A stretch of 64,000 nt of DNA from the human T2T-CHM13v2.0 reference genome, Homo sapiens: the NCBI RefSeq assembly GCF_009914755.1, contig NC_060938.1; one strand, 5' to 3'. The position numbers and the translations under genes were made by a program. Under the pieces are notes generated by a model, which searched no databases, had not been told where the DNA came from, and was given only the letters and a program-made list of their open reading frames with translations. The stretch's first letter is position 1, and each line of letters starts with the position of its first letter. Of this stretch, positions 46,938 to 63,149 are shown one piece after another.

Positions 46938-49900
46938 CTATATATTTATATATTATATATAAATATATAGTATATATATTATATATAAATATATAGTATA
47001 TATATTTATATATTATATATAAATATATAGTATATATATTTATATATTATATATAAATATATAGTATATATATTTATATATTATATATAAATATATAGTA
47101 TATATATGAATATATAGTATATATATTATATATAATATATAGTATATATATTATATATTATATATAAATATATAGTATATATATTATATATAAATATACA
47201 GTATATATATTTATATCTTATATATAAACATATAGTATATATATTTATATTATATAAATATATAGTATATATATTTATATATTATATATAAATATATAGT
47301 ATATATATTTATATATTATATATAGTATATATATTTATATCTTATATATAAATATATATACTATATATTTATATATAATATATAAATATATATAATATAT
47401 ATTTATATCTTATATGTACTATATATATTCATATATTATATATAGTATATATATTTATATATTATATAGTAAATATATTTATATATAATATATGGTATAT
47501 ATATTATATATTATATATAATATATATACCATATATTATATATAGCATATATAAATATATACCATATGTTACATGTGGCACATATAAAATATATACCATA
47601 TATTACACATGGCACATATAAAATATATACCATATATTACACGTGGCACATATAAAATATATACCATATATTACACGTGGCACATATAAAATATATACCA
47701 TATATTACACGTGGCACATATAAAATATATACCATATATTACACGTGGCACATATAAAATATATACCATATATTACACGTGGCACATATAAAATATATAT
47801 GATATATTTCACGTGGCACATATAAAATATATACTATATATTTCACGTGGCACATATAAAATATATACTATATATTACATGTGGCACATATAAAATATGT
47901 ACTATATATTACATGTGGCACATATAAAATATGTACTATATATTACATGTGGCACATATAAAATATGTACTATATATTACATGTGGCACATATAAAATAT
48001 GTACTATATATTATATGTAGCATATAAAAAATATATACTATATATTATATATCACATATATAAAATATATACTACATATTATATATCGCATATATAAAAT
48101 ATATACTATATATTATACATATACTATATAGTATATATTTATATAGATATAAATATATCTATATATATTTTATATATTTATATTTATATACATATATTAT
48201 ATATAATATATATAAAATATATATATTATCAAATATATATAATATATTATATACAATATATATAAAGTATATAAAGATATATACTTTATAGTATATATCT
48301 TTAATATAAATATATATACTATATATACTACACATACTATATAGTATATATAGTATATATACTATTTATACTATAGTATATATAGTATATATACTATATA
48401 GTACATATAGTATATACAGTATATATACTATATAGTACATATGGTATATACAGTATATATACTATATAGTACATATGGTATATACAGTACATATACTATA
48501 TAGTACATATAGTATATATAGTACATATACTATATAGTACATATAGTATATATAGTACATATACTATATAGTACATATAGTATATATAGTACATATACTG
48601 TATAGTACATATAGTATATATAGTATATATACTGTATAGTACATATAGTATATATAGTATATATACTGTATAGTACGTATAGTATATATAGTATATATAC
48701 TGTATAGTACGTATAGTATATATAGTATATATACTGTATAGTATGTATAGTATATATAGTATATATAGTGTATAGTAGATATACTATATATAGTATATAT
48801 AGTAGATCTACTATATATACTATATATAGTATATATAGTAGATCTACTATATATAGTATATATAGTAGATCTACTATATATACTATATATAGTATATATA
48901 GTATATCTACTATATAGTACATATAGTATATATAGTATATATACTCTATAGTATATATGGTATATATACTCTATAGTATATATGGTATATATACTCTATA
49001 GTATATATGGTATATATACTCTATAGTATATATGGTATATATACTATATAGTATATATGGTATATATACTATATAGTATATATGGTATATATACTATATA
49101 GTATATATGGTATATATATTATATATACTGTATATAGTATATATACTATATATACTCTATAGTATATATAGTATATATACTATATAGTATATATAGTATA
49201 TATACTATATATACTCTATATAGTATATATAGTATATATACTATATAGAGTATATATACTATATATAGTATATATAGTATATATAGTATATATAGTATAT
49301 CTACTATATATAGTATATATAGTATATATAGTATATCTACTATATATAGTATATATAGTATATATAGTATATCTACTATATATAGTATATATAGTATATA
49401 TAGTATATCTACTATATATAGTAGATATAGTATATCTACTATATATAGTATATATAGTATATATAGTATATCTACTATATATAGTATATATAGTATATAT
49501 AGTATATCTACTATATATAGTATATATAGTATATATAGTATATATAGTATATATAGTACATATAGTACATATAGTACATATAGTATATGTACTATATAGT
49601 ACATATACTATATATAGTATATGTACTATATAGTACATATACTATATATAGTATATGTACTATATAGTACATATAGTGTATATAGTATATATACTATATA
49701 TATATAGTGTATATAGTATATATACTATATATATATAGTGTATATACTATATATACTATATATAGTGTATATACTATATATACTATATACAGTATATATA
49801 CTATATATAGTATATATAGTATATAGTACATATAGTACAGATAGTATATATAGTATATATACTATATAGTACAGATAGTATATATAGTATATATACTATA

Positions 49901-51415
49901 TAGTACAGATAGTATATATAGTATATATACTATATAGTACAGATAGTATATATAGTATATATACTATATAGTACAGATAGTATATATAGTATATATACTA
50001 TATAGTACAGATAGTATATATAGTATATATACTATATAGTACAGATAGTATATATAGTATATATACTATATAGTACAGATAGTATATATAGTATATATAC
50101 TATATAGTACAGATAGTATATATACTATATAGTATATATTTTATAGTATATATAGTATATATACCATATAGTATATATTTTATAGTATATATAGTATATA
50201 TACTATATAGTATATATTTTATAGTATATATAGTATATATACTATATAGTATATATTGTATATATACTATATAGTATAAATTTTATAGTATATATAGTAT
50301 ATATACTATATAGTATATATTTTATAATATATATAGTATATATACTATATAGTATATATTTTATAGTATATATACTATAAAGTACATAATTTATATATTA
50401 TATATAATATATATAATATGTATATAATATGTATTATATATAATATATAATATATTATGTATAATACGTATTATATATAATATAGAATATATTATATATA
50501 ATATAGAATATATTATATATAATATAGAATATATTATATATAATATAGAATATATTATATATAATATAGAATATATTATATATTATATAGAATATATTAT
50601 ATAAAATATAGAATATATTATATATAATATAGAATATATTATATATAATATAGAATATATTATATATTACATATTATATATATAAATATTTTACATATTA
50701 TATATTATATATAATACGTATTATACATAATATATTATATATTATATATAATACATATTATATACATATTATATATATTATATATAATATATATTATATA
50801 TATTATATATAATATATATTATATATATTATATATAATATATATTATATATAAATATATACTATGTATATTTATATAGTATATATAATATATGGTATATA
50901 TATGCTACATAAATATATACTATATAAATATATAGTATAATTATCTAAATTATATAATTATAATTATATAATTATATAATTCTTAATTTATAATATATAA
51001 ATTTATATATTTATATATAAATAAATATATAATATATAATTATATATTATATATAAATATAATATATAATTTATAAATATATAAAAATATAATTATATAA
51101 ATATATAAATATATATACTATATAAATATATACTATATATAACATACACTATATAGTATATAAATATATACTATATATAATATATATAATATATAGTATA
51201 TAATATTATATATAATATTACATTATATATATTTATTATAAATATATATTATATATATTAATTATAAATATATATAATATATATTACATATATTATATAA
51301 ATTATATATATTTATTATATATTATATATAATGTATATATAGTATATATATTATATATAAATATATATACTATTATATATAAATATATATATACTATCTA
51401 TTGTATATATTATAG
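46938..51415. repeat. ~4.5 kb composite AT-rich tandem array (TA-derived minisatellite blocks)
   Basis: Blocks with periods of ~32, 34, 25, 36, 34 and 21 bp; many perfect palindromes such as TATATACTATATAGTATATA. Confidence 0.97.
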
Positions 51416-51419
51416 ATGA

Positions 51420-51757
51420 GCCCCAGTGTTGGAAAGAGAACGCACTCCAGGGAAACTTGGGTAAGCCACTGAAACCATATGGGGAGAAACACAGGGCTTT
51501 ACAGTAATCCCTGAGTGAAAACATAGATGTAATACTGATTCGCATGTTAAACCTCTCAGCAAATTCTGAGAAAAGCCTCTGGAGTCTCCAGGAATGAAGG
51601 CAGGGCAATAAACCACATATAATGCCCTCACCTGGATTTTTCCTCAACAGAGCCAGTGAAGAGGAGATGCTTGATGCTGAGGTTATGCTCAATTCTGCCT
51701 CATTTCTGCCGTGCGCACCGCTGTCTCCAAACTGAGCCAGAAAAGCCATGATTGTAG
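51420..51757 (+). promoter_or_regulatory. Candidate OR11H4 promoter and upstream exons (donor 51460; exon 51651-51757 with ATG 51748)
   Basis: O/E-like ACTCCAGGGAA, CCATATGGGGAG, TCCCTGAGTG; G|GTAAGC; acceptor tttttcctcaacag|; GCCATGATTGTAG|GTAAGA. Confidence 0.5.
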
Positions 51758-52218
51758 GTAAGAAACCACTGCTATGATATGCTACAGAGTCTCTTTGACT
51801 TTATAAATCTGATTAGGCACTGTTTCTCTGCAAAGACTCAAAGGAGGCAGTATAATAGTATAGTATAAAAGTTCCATATGTGAATCCAGGACACATATTT
51901 ATTGGGTAAAATGTCATGCCCCTCTCTGAGCCTCATTTGTAAAATGAAGTTAGATCATTATACCATTTCTTCTAATTCTATGATTTTATGGTCATTAACA
52001 ACCATCTTTCTGAAAACAATCTTACTTTCCAGGAATAATCAGGTGGTATGTTCCTTCTCTCAGGACACCTGGGAAGACAATATACTAAGTGAGGGGCATT
52101 CAACAGAAGGCTATTAAATCAAGCTATCACACTTATGGTAGGTGGACTGGTGGGTTGATTGGTTGGTTGGTAGTTTCTTGTACTGGAAAGGAGTACAGTA
52201 CATGAAAGAGCTGGTTTC

Positions 52219-52536
<318 letters not shown>

Positions 52537-53382
52537 CTAGGATTGTAGCTCAAATAATGATATATCTCAAAAATCAGGAGAAACAGTATGTTTGTGTCAT
52601 AAAATAATGAAGATTCTATTCTAATTACCTAACTATTCCCAGACAGCGTTTTGGAGACTTTGGAGGGTGGTGTTATATAAAACTTTGTGGAAACAGTTTA
52701 TTCCGTCAATGCGAAAACTCTGAAATTGATTACTCGGGTCTTTCTATTAAGCTCCCCAGCTTTTGATCATTCCATTACTTATCTACACTTCTCCAAAGGC
52801 TTCAGAAAAAACAATGTTGCTGCTAATAAAGCACTTGCAGAGTAGGGTAGTAGAAAAGACGAAGTGTAGTGTAAAGTTGTCAGTGTATAATGGAGAATGT
52901 CCTAAACTGTTATTCTCATCAAGCAGGCATTCAGAACAAAGGGCGGGAGGCTCAAATCTCACAATTCTGGTTCCCAATTTAAGTCTGAGCCTGGACTTGT
53001 TCTCTGACCTGTGTATAGCAGAGAAAGGGATGTATTTATGCTTCGTAAACAACAATCTGGAAATCACCTATTGAGCACCTTATTCAAGGAAGATGGTAAA
53101 CAAATGCCTTTTAAATTCAGCATTGATTGGAAAGCTGGACAACTTTAGAACTCAGATGCTCCAAATTTCCCTTTTTATGCATCCTTAAAAACTACCAAAG
53201 AACTAGTGATGTTGAGATTCAAATCTTCGTTCCCAAGAATACCTGATCCTTCCTTCAACTTCTGTGTTCTTTGTTGCCTTTCACATTTTTCTTTTACATT
53301 TCTGACAAAGTTATGACTGGTGACCTGCAATAAACAAGACAAGAGATCTAAACTTAACAAGAAACTCAATATTGAAACTACC

Positions 53383-53676
53383 TTTTTTTTTTTTTTTGAG
53401 GTGGAGTCTCGCTCTGTCACCCAGGCTGGAGTGCAATGGTGTGATCTCGGCTCACTGCAACCTCCACCTCCTGAGTTCAAGCAATTCTTCTGCTTGGCCT
53501 CCCAAGTAGCTGGGATTACAGGCACGCACCACCACACCCAGCTAATTTTTGTATTTTTAGCAGACAAGGGTTTTCACCATGTTGGCCAAGCTGGTCTCAA
53601 ACTCCTGACTTCAGCAATCTACCCACTTTGGCCTCTCAAATTGCTGGAACTATAGGCATAAGACATTACGCCCAGC
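53383..53676 (-). mobile_element. AluS
   Basis: Reverse Alu; TSD aaactacc. Confidence 0.92.
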
Positions 53677-54353
53677 CAAAACTACCACTTTTTTAAGACT
53701 TAATCAGCACATTTTAAGTATTAATCAAGTATAAGATTACTGTTGTTTAAACACATTTGTATATTTTATTTAATTCTTAAATACATAAACTTGTTGCTAC
53801 TGAAAAGTACATACCTAGTCAAATATTTGAAAATGTCCTTACCTTCCTTTCAGTAAACAAAATTCTAATACATAGGATTGCAGATGAAGCCCCATTTCAT
53901 CTCAGATTCTTTTAGAAAATCCCTTTGTTTTCACCACCGAAAAAGCTCACTAAATAAACTAAATTTTTGTATAGAAAACATCATTTTCCTTATTTCATCT
54001 ACATGGTATCTGATTACAAAAAGTAAGATAGTTCCTTTTTGTATAGTATGTGTAAAAAACATAAAAATAAACACTGCCGATCGTTAGAGATGTTTTTAAA
54101 ATATTATCATGGAGTTGTATCTCCATGCAGCAGTCAATCTATTTTGTTTTGTTCAAACATCTAAACCAATTTTATATCAGTTATCCTCAAAATGTCTTTT
54201 CTAACAACTTGTGCTAAATAAGAGAAAATTGATGAACTTGTGCTAGAAAACCCATAATCAACATTGGAAAAACAAATCAAAAGCTGAAAAGGTCTTCTCA
54301 AGCATCCAAGGAAAAGAAAGAAAATACATTTGTCTGGTTCTGCCACTAGTGTC

Positions 54354-55376
54354 TGGAGAGGTGGCCTGCCCCTCCACACCTGTGGGTATTTCTGGTCTGG
54401 TAGGACGAGAGACTGAGAAAAGAAATAAGACACAGAGACAAAGTATAGAGAAACAACAGTGAGCCCAGGGGACCGGTACTCAGCACACCAAGGACCTGCA
54501 CCGGCACCGGCCTCTGAGTTCCCTCAGTTTTTATTGATTATTATTTTCATTATTTCAGCAAAAAGGAATGTAGTAGGAGAGCACGGTGATAATAAGGAGA
54601 AGGTCAGCCAAAAACATGTGAGCAAAAGAATGTATATCATAATTAAGTTCAAGGGGAGGTACTATGCCTGGAAGTGCACGTAGGCCAGATATATAGTTCT
54701 CTCCACCCAAGTATCTCAGTGAAGTAAAGAATAACAAGGCAGCATTACTGCAAACATGTCTCGCTTCCCACCATAGGGCGGTTTTTCTCCTATCTCAGAA
54801 TTGAACAAATGTACAATCGGGTTTTATACCTAGACATTCAGTTCCCAGGGGCAAGCAGGAGACAGTGGCCTTCCTCTATCTCAACTGCAAGAGGCTTTCC
54901 TCTTTTACTAATCCACGTCAGCACAGACCCTTTACGGGTGTCCGGCTGGGGGACGGTCAGGTCTTTCTCATCCCACGAGGCCATATTTCAGACTATCACA
55001 TGGGGAGAAACCTCAGACAATACCCTGCTTTCAAGGGCAGAGGTCCCTGCAGCTTTCCACAGTGCATTGTGCCCCTGGTTTATTGAGACTAGAGAATGGC
55101 GATGACTTTTACCAAGTATACTGCTTGTAAACATTTTGTTAACAAGGCACATCCTGCACAGCCCTAGATCCCTTAAACCTGGATTTTATACAACACACGT
55201 TTTTGTGAGCTCCAGGTTGGGTCAAAGTGGCTGGGGCAAAGTGGCTGGGGCAAAGCTACAAATTAACATCTCAGCAAAGCAATTGTTTAAAGTACAGGTC
55301 TTTTTCAAAATGGAGTCTCTTATGTCTTCCCTTTCTACATAGACACAGTGACAGTCTGATCTCTCTTTTCCCTACA
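54354..55376 (-). mobile_element. Solo LTR5A (HERV-K HML-2)
   Basis: Minus strand begins TGTAGGGAAAAGAGAGATCAGACTGTCACTGTGTCTATGTAGAAAGGGAAGACATAAG and ends GGCAGGCCACCTCTCCA; 1023 bp; TSD GTGTC (54349-54353, 55377-55381). Confidence 0.9.
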
Positions 55377-55619
55377 GTGTCAAAAATTCTAGCTGCATTG
55401 GATTGCATTGGATTCTAGCAAAATAACACAGAGAACCACAATCAATTCAAAATTTGGTAGGACATATTCCCACCTGGTCTCAGATTATCTCATGTATTTT
55501 CCTGTATACCTCAAGTTCTCGTCTCAGTAAAATCCTTGAGATACGTAGCAAGCAATTGGATTACACTCCAAGAGACTTGGATTACACTCATGTCTTTCTT
55601 CTTTGTAGACTTAAGACCC

Positions 55620-56564
55620 ATGAACAGGTCAGCAACACACATCGTGACAGAGTTTATTCTCCTGGGATTCCCTGGTTGCTGGAAGATTCAGATTTTCCTC
55701 TTCTCATTGTTTTTGGTGATTTATGTCTTGACCTTGCTGGGAAATGGAGCCATCATCTATGCAGTGAGATGCAACCCACTACTACACACCCCCATGTACT
55801 TTCTGCTGGGAAATTTTGCCTTCCTTGAGATCTGGTATGTGTCCTCCACTATTCCTAACATGCTAGTCAACATTCTCTCCAAGACCAAGGCCATCTCATT
55901 TTCTGGGTGCTTCCTCCAGTTCTATTTCTTCTTTTCACTGGGAACAACTGAATGTCTCTTTCTGGCAGTAATGGCTTATGATCGATACCTGGCCATCTGC
56001 CACCCACTGCAGTACCCTGCCATCATGACTGTAAGGTTCTGTGGTAAGCTGGTGTCTTTCTGTTGGCTTATTGGATTCCTTGGATACCCAATTCCCATTT
56101 TCTACATCTCCCAACTCCCCTTCTGTGGTCCTAATATCATTGATCACTTCCTGTGTGACATGGACCCATTGATGGCTCTATCCTGTGCCCCAGCTCCCAT
56201 AACTGAATGTATTTTCTATACTCAGAGCTCCCTTGTCCTCTTTTTCACTAGTATGTACATTCTTCGATCCTATATCCTGTTACTAACAGCTGTTTTTCAG
56301 GTCCCTTCTGCAGCTGGTCGGAGAAAAGCCTTCTCTACCTGTGGTTCTCATTTGGTTGTGGTATCTCTTTTCTATGGGACAGTCATGGTAATGTATGTAA
56401 GTCCTACATATGGGATCCCAACTTTATTGCAGAAGATCCTCACACTGGTATATTCAGTAACGACTCCTCTTTTTAATCCTCTGATCTATACTCTTCGTAA
56501 TAAGGACATGAAACTCGCTCTGAGAAATGTCCTGTTTGGAATGAGAATTCGTCAAAATTCGTGA
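55620..56564 (+). CDS. OR11H4: Olfactory receptor 11H4 (314 aa from MNRS; 324 aa from ATG 55590)
   Basis: Intact 7TM OR with all motifs ([41 protein letters not shown]); acceptor ctttcttctttgtag| at 55608. Confidence 0.96.
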   Translation: MNRSATHIVTEFILLGFPGCWKIQIFLFSLFLVIYVLTLLGNGAIIYAVRCNPLLHTPMYFLLGNFAFLEIWYVSSTIPNMLVNILSKTKAISFSGCFLQFYFFFSLGTTECLFLAVMAYDRYLAICHPLQYPAIMTVRFCGKLVSFCWLIGFLGYPIPIFYISQLPFCGPNIIDHFLCDMDPLMALSCAPAPITECIFYTQSSLVLFFTSMYILRSYILLLTAVFQVPSAAGRRKAFSTCGSHLVVVSLFYGTVMVMYVSPTYGIPTLLQKILTLVYSVTTPLFNPLIYTLRNKDMKLALRNVLFGMRIRQNS

Positions 56565-56875
56565 GCCAAAGATGTGCCATACTTACAAGTTCTAACGAAG
56601 AACAAGGTCGAGATGTTGTCAGTTCTTTAGCAGTCTTTCAGTCCTCAGTCTGAGTAGTTAGAGGTTGTATATTTTACCTGGAAGTGTGCCCAGCTTAAAT
56701 ATGTTTCCAGCACTGACTCTTTAAACCTTAATTAACTGGTCTTCAACATCCACTTAAAAGTTTTCAAAGCCTGTCTTTATTAGAATGATAAAATGGAATT
56801 TCTACATGAGATGCCCTCCTGCTGACATGCCCCATGGTTCATCATTGTATATCTTCTTCCTCATTGCAACAAGAC

Positions 56876-56881
56876 AATAAA
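56876..56881 (+). terminator. Candidate poly(A) signal for OR11H4
   Basis: AATAAA 312 nt after the stop. Confidence 0.45.
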
Positions 56882-57224
56882 CCCAACTTTGTTCAACTAC
56901 AGGTATGCTCCTAGGAGTCTTTGTCTGATGGGAATCAATAGTGGCACAATACCCAGCAAATGGTAAGGCCTCAGACATGTTTTTTAAATATCTCTATCTC
57001 AATTTTTTTTACTTACAACAATAATATGTGATTGTTGTAATAAATTCAAGCAATTCAGAAGAATGTCCATCTTCACTCCCATATTCACCAATTTTCCTAT
57101 CTGCTCCTCAGAGTCAATACATCTAAATCCCTCTGTCTGGCACTCGACACCCTTCGTAATACATCCCCACTAAATCTATTTCATTTGTTTTCCATTTCTT
57201 TGCCACATGAGCCCTTGGCTCTAG

Positions 57225-57711
<487 letters not shown>

Positions 57712-58044
57712 TAGGCTGTTCTTTCAACCTAGAGAGCCTCACCTCATCTTCTGCCATGCAACTTGAGAAAGATATTTAACACTTAAATTCTTAACTTCTT
57801 ATTTTATAAAATGGGTATAATTCATGCCTTGTAACAATGTCGTAAGAATTAAATCTGATCATTTCTGTAAGAGCCATAGCACAGAAAGACACATATAGGA
57901 GGCTCTGAGTACACGTTGTTCTCTTCTCCTTCCTGTCTTTCAAACCTGACTATGGATACTTTTCTGGTTATCTTTTAGATATTTTGCAATCCTCATGGAA
58001 ACCTATATACTTAAAGATGGCTTATTTAAAAACCAGTTGGGATG

Positions 58045-58248
58045 GATATATATTTTATATAAATTTATATATAATTGTATATTTAAGACATATTTATATA
58101 TTTTATATATGAAGTTTATATATGTAAAATCTCTTCATATATGTATATATAATATATACATATATAATATATACATGTATAATATATATGTATGTATATA
58201 TACTAGATATATGTATATATAGATATAGATATAGATTTGATATAGATT
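58045..58248. repeat. (TA)n/(TAGATA)n low-complexity repeat
   Basis: Direct reading. Confidence 0.85.
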
Positions 58249-58269
58249 TGGCAACCATAAAGAGATTGA

Positions 58270-58480
58270 TTAGACTGCCAACTTTGAGTCAGACTTGTTG
58301 TGTCCTGGTTTATCTGCTTACTAGTTATGTGACTTTGGCAAACAAGCTGCTTAAATGCTATGAACTTCATCTGTAAGATAGGGTAATAATAACACCTTAG
58401 AGTTGTTGGTTTGTTATGACTTAATACTTATAGAGCACTTAGAACTATGCCTGGCAAACAGTAAAGTTCAATAAATATCA
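58270..58480 (+). mobile_element. MIR
   Basis: cttactagttatgtgactttggcaa...catctgtaagatagggtaataataacac...agcacttagaac...gcctggca. Confidence 0.7.
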
Positions 58481-58779
58481 GCTTTAAAAAAATTATTTAA
58501 CTCTGTAAAATATCATGGTAGCTTTCAAAATCAGCCCATATAATTTTTCCATTTAACAGATACACTGTTCCATTATATGAATGTTTCATCATTTATTCAT
58601 TACTCAATGATAATATATCATATCATATTTTACAATTAAAACAATGCTGTAATTAATATCCTTGAATATGGCCTCATAGAGCCACATTGATATTCCATAA
58701 GTTAGAGGAAGAGTTTATGGAACACAGGAAATGTGCATTTTTAATTATGCTAAATACTGGTAAATTAGATGCCCTAAAT

Positions 58780-60530
58780 AGAATGGGACAAATGGTGCTG
58801 GGGCAAGTAGATATCCATACGCAAAAGAAAGAAGTTGGATACCTATCTTACACCATTTACAAAAATTAATTCAAAATGGATCAAAGATCTAAATGCAAAA
58901 GCTAAAACTACAAAACCCTTCACAACCTAGGATTAGGCAGTGGTTTCTTAGATATGACACATAAAGCACAAGAAACTAAGGAAAAAATCAGTAAGTTGGA
59001 CTTTGTCAAAAAAACAATTTTTGTCCTTCAAAGGATACCATCAAGAAAGTGAAATGACAACTGCTATGGCTTGAAGGTCCGTGTCCCGTCCCAAATTCAT
59101 ATGTTGAAATCCTAACCCCCAGAGCAATAGTGCTGGGAGGTGGGGCCCTTGGCTTTGATTAAGTCATGTGAGTGGACCCCTCCTGAATGGGATTAGTGCC
59201 CTTATAAAATAGGCGAAAGGAGCTCATTTGCCCCTTCAACCACATAAAGACACAGCAAGAAGTCACCATCTATGAACTAAGAAATGGACCTTCATCAGAC
59301 ACCAAATCTGTTGGTGCATTGATCTTTGACTTCCCCATCTCCAGAACTGTCAAAATTAAATTTATGTTTTTTATAAATTACCCAGTTTATGGTATTTTCT
59401 TATAGCAAACTGAACAAACTAAGACAAATATTTAGCCCCTAACATTTAGAGACCAAAAGTACATTAGTAGTGGCCAAGGACTAGGAGGAGAGGATGAGAA
59501 ATGACTACTGCTAATGGGTACTCTGTTTCTTTGGGGGTGATAAAAATTTTCTGGAAACAGATAGTGGTGATGGTTGTACAACCTTGTGAATATACTAAAA
59601 ATTACTGAAATATATGAGTAAATGTTCCATCAGGGAACTGTAGATTAAAACCATAATAAGATATCACCTCACATATGTTAGCATGGCTACTACCAAAAAG
59701 ACCAAAGATAACCAGTGTTGGCAAGGATGGGAGTAAAGGGAACCCTCATATACTGTCGGTGGGAATGTAAATTAGCACAGCCACTATAGAATACATTATG
59801 GAAGTTCCTCAATAAATTAAAAATAAAACTACCATATAATCCAGCAATTCCACTTCTTGGTTATGTATCCAAAGGAATTGAAATCAGGATCTCGAAGAGA
59901 TATCTGCATTTGCATGTTCATTTCAGCATTATTCACAATGGCCAAAACATGGAAGCAACCCAAATGTCCATCAATGAATGAATGGATTTTTTTAATGTGG
60001 TATAAACACACAATGGAATAGTATTCAGCACTATAAAGGAAAGAAATTTCACCATTTGCAACAACATGAATGAATCTGGAGGACATTATGCTAAGTGAAA
60101 TAAGCCAGACACAGGACAAATACCACATAAGTGACGAATGCAAAATAGTTAAATTCATAGAAGCAGAGAGTAGAATGGTGCTTGCCTGGATTAATGGGAG
60201 GGTAAAATAGGGAGGTATTAGTCAAAGGGTACAAAGTTTCTGTTATACAAGATAAGTCCTAGATATCTACTATATAGCACAGTGCTTATAGTTAACAATA
60301 TTGCTTTGTATACTTAAAATTTTGCTAAGAGAGTAGATCTCATGTTAAATGTTCTTATCACAAAATAATAGTAATGATTAATAAGTGGATGGGAAGAAAC
60401 TTTTGAAGTTGATGGATATGTTCATGGCCTAGAATTTGGCAATGATTTCATGGATGTATACTTCTCTCCAAACTCATCAAGTTGTATATATTATATACCT
60501 ACAAATGTTTACATGTCAATCATATCTCAG
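58780..60530 (+). mobile_element. L1M fragments (L1MB/MC-like, and an L1MA9-like 3' end at ~59620-60530)
   Basis: Degraded ORF2-end and 3'UTR motifs (tcaaaatggatcaaaga; ccagcaattccacttct; ggaggacattatgctaagtgaaataagccag). Confidence 0.8.
59062..59427 (+). mobile_element. MaLR solo LTR (MST/MLT1A type)
   Basis: tgctatggcttgaa...caaattcatatgttgaaatcctaaccccc ... ttatagcaaactgaacaaactaagaca. Confidence 0.85.
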
Positions 60531-60724
60531 TATTTTTTTGTTTATCTAAATTTGTTCTCCAAATAAATCTGGAAAAAAAATCTTAGCTCTGTAGGACAGA
60601 ACCTGGTCTTACCTATCTACCTGTGCTCTACTGACCTCTAATGGCCATTATGCTTCCATGGTATGCCTAAGAATGCAACAGGAGAAACCTCAACCCACCC
60701 AAAAGTAGTAAGAAAAGGAGTATA

Positions 60725-61058
60725 GGCCAGGTATGGCAGCTCACACCTGTAATTCCAGCACTTTGGGAAGCTGATGCAGGAGGATTACTTGAGCCCAGGA
60801 GTTGAGACCAGCCTAAGCAATATAGTGAGACCCCATCTCTGCAAAAAAAAATAAAAATTAAAAATTAAAAATTAACTGGGCATGATACACACGCCTGCAG
60901 TCCCAGCTATTTAAGAGGCTGAGATGGGAGGATCTCTTCAGCCCAGAAGTTTGAGGCTTGCAGTAAACTGTGATCGCACCACTGCACTCCAATCTGGGCA
61001 ACAGAGCAAGACCCTGTCTCCAGAAAAAAAAAAAAGAGAGAAAAGAAAGAAAGGAAAA
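60725..61058 (+). mobile_element. AluJ
   Basis: gaggattacttgagcccaggag (J-type); TSD gaaaagg(a/g)gtata. Confidence 0.88.
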
Positions 61059-61148
61059 GGGGTATATTGGTTAATAGAATTTTCTAGTTAACTGCTGACC
61101 AGAAAAAAAAAAAAAAAAAACTTTGATACTGAGTATTAAAGCATTCCA

Positions 61149-61392
<244 letters not shown>

Positions 61393-61633
61393 TCTAAAGT
61401 CTATGTTCCCACCTTTATACTTTATTACGTTGAAAATAATTTAATCTTTTACCCCACAAGAACTCAGGAAGTGAAACATGTCCGAACAAACAGTGAACAG
61501 GCAATCAAATGATGGGGGTTTCCAATCCCAGCTCAACACCAACTAGCTATGTGTCCTTACACAGGACACCTGACCTCTCTGGTCTCAGCTCTCTTATCTG
61601 TAAAATAAGAAACTTGAACAAAGTGAATTTTCT

Positions 61634-63124
<1,491 letters not shown>

Positions 63125-63149
63125 CTACACTCATGTTTCCTCAAAATGC

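Noticed and set aside
47560-48000. Regular 34-bp repeats resembling a CRISPR array
   Set aside because: Head-to-tail minisatellite with no unique spacers, in human DNA with no cas genes.
48530-49638. Y/I/L/T-rich ORFs of 130-152 aa on the minus strand
   Set aside because: These are translations of the TA-derived tandem array, with no coding signal.
55536-55619. N-terminal extension of OR11H4 from TTG 55536 or ATG 55590, including a 13-bp direct repeat ttggattacactc
   Set aside because: Both starts lie upstream of a strong acceptor at 55608, so they are most likely intronic.
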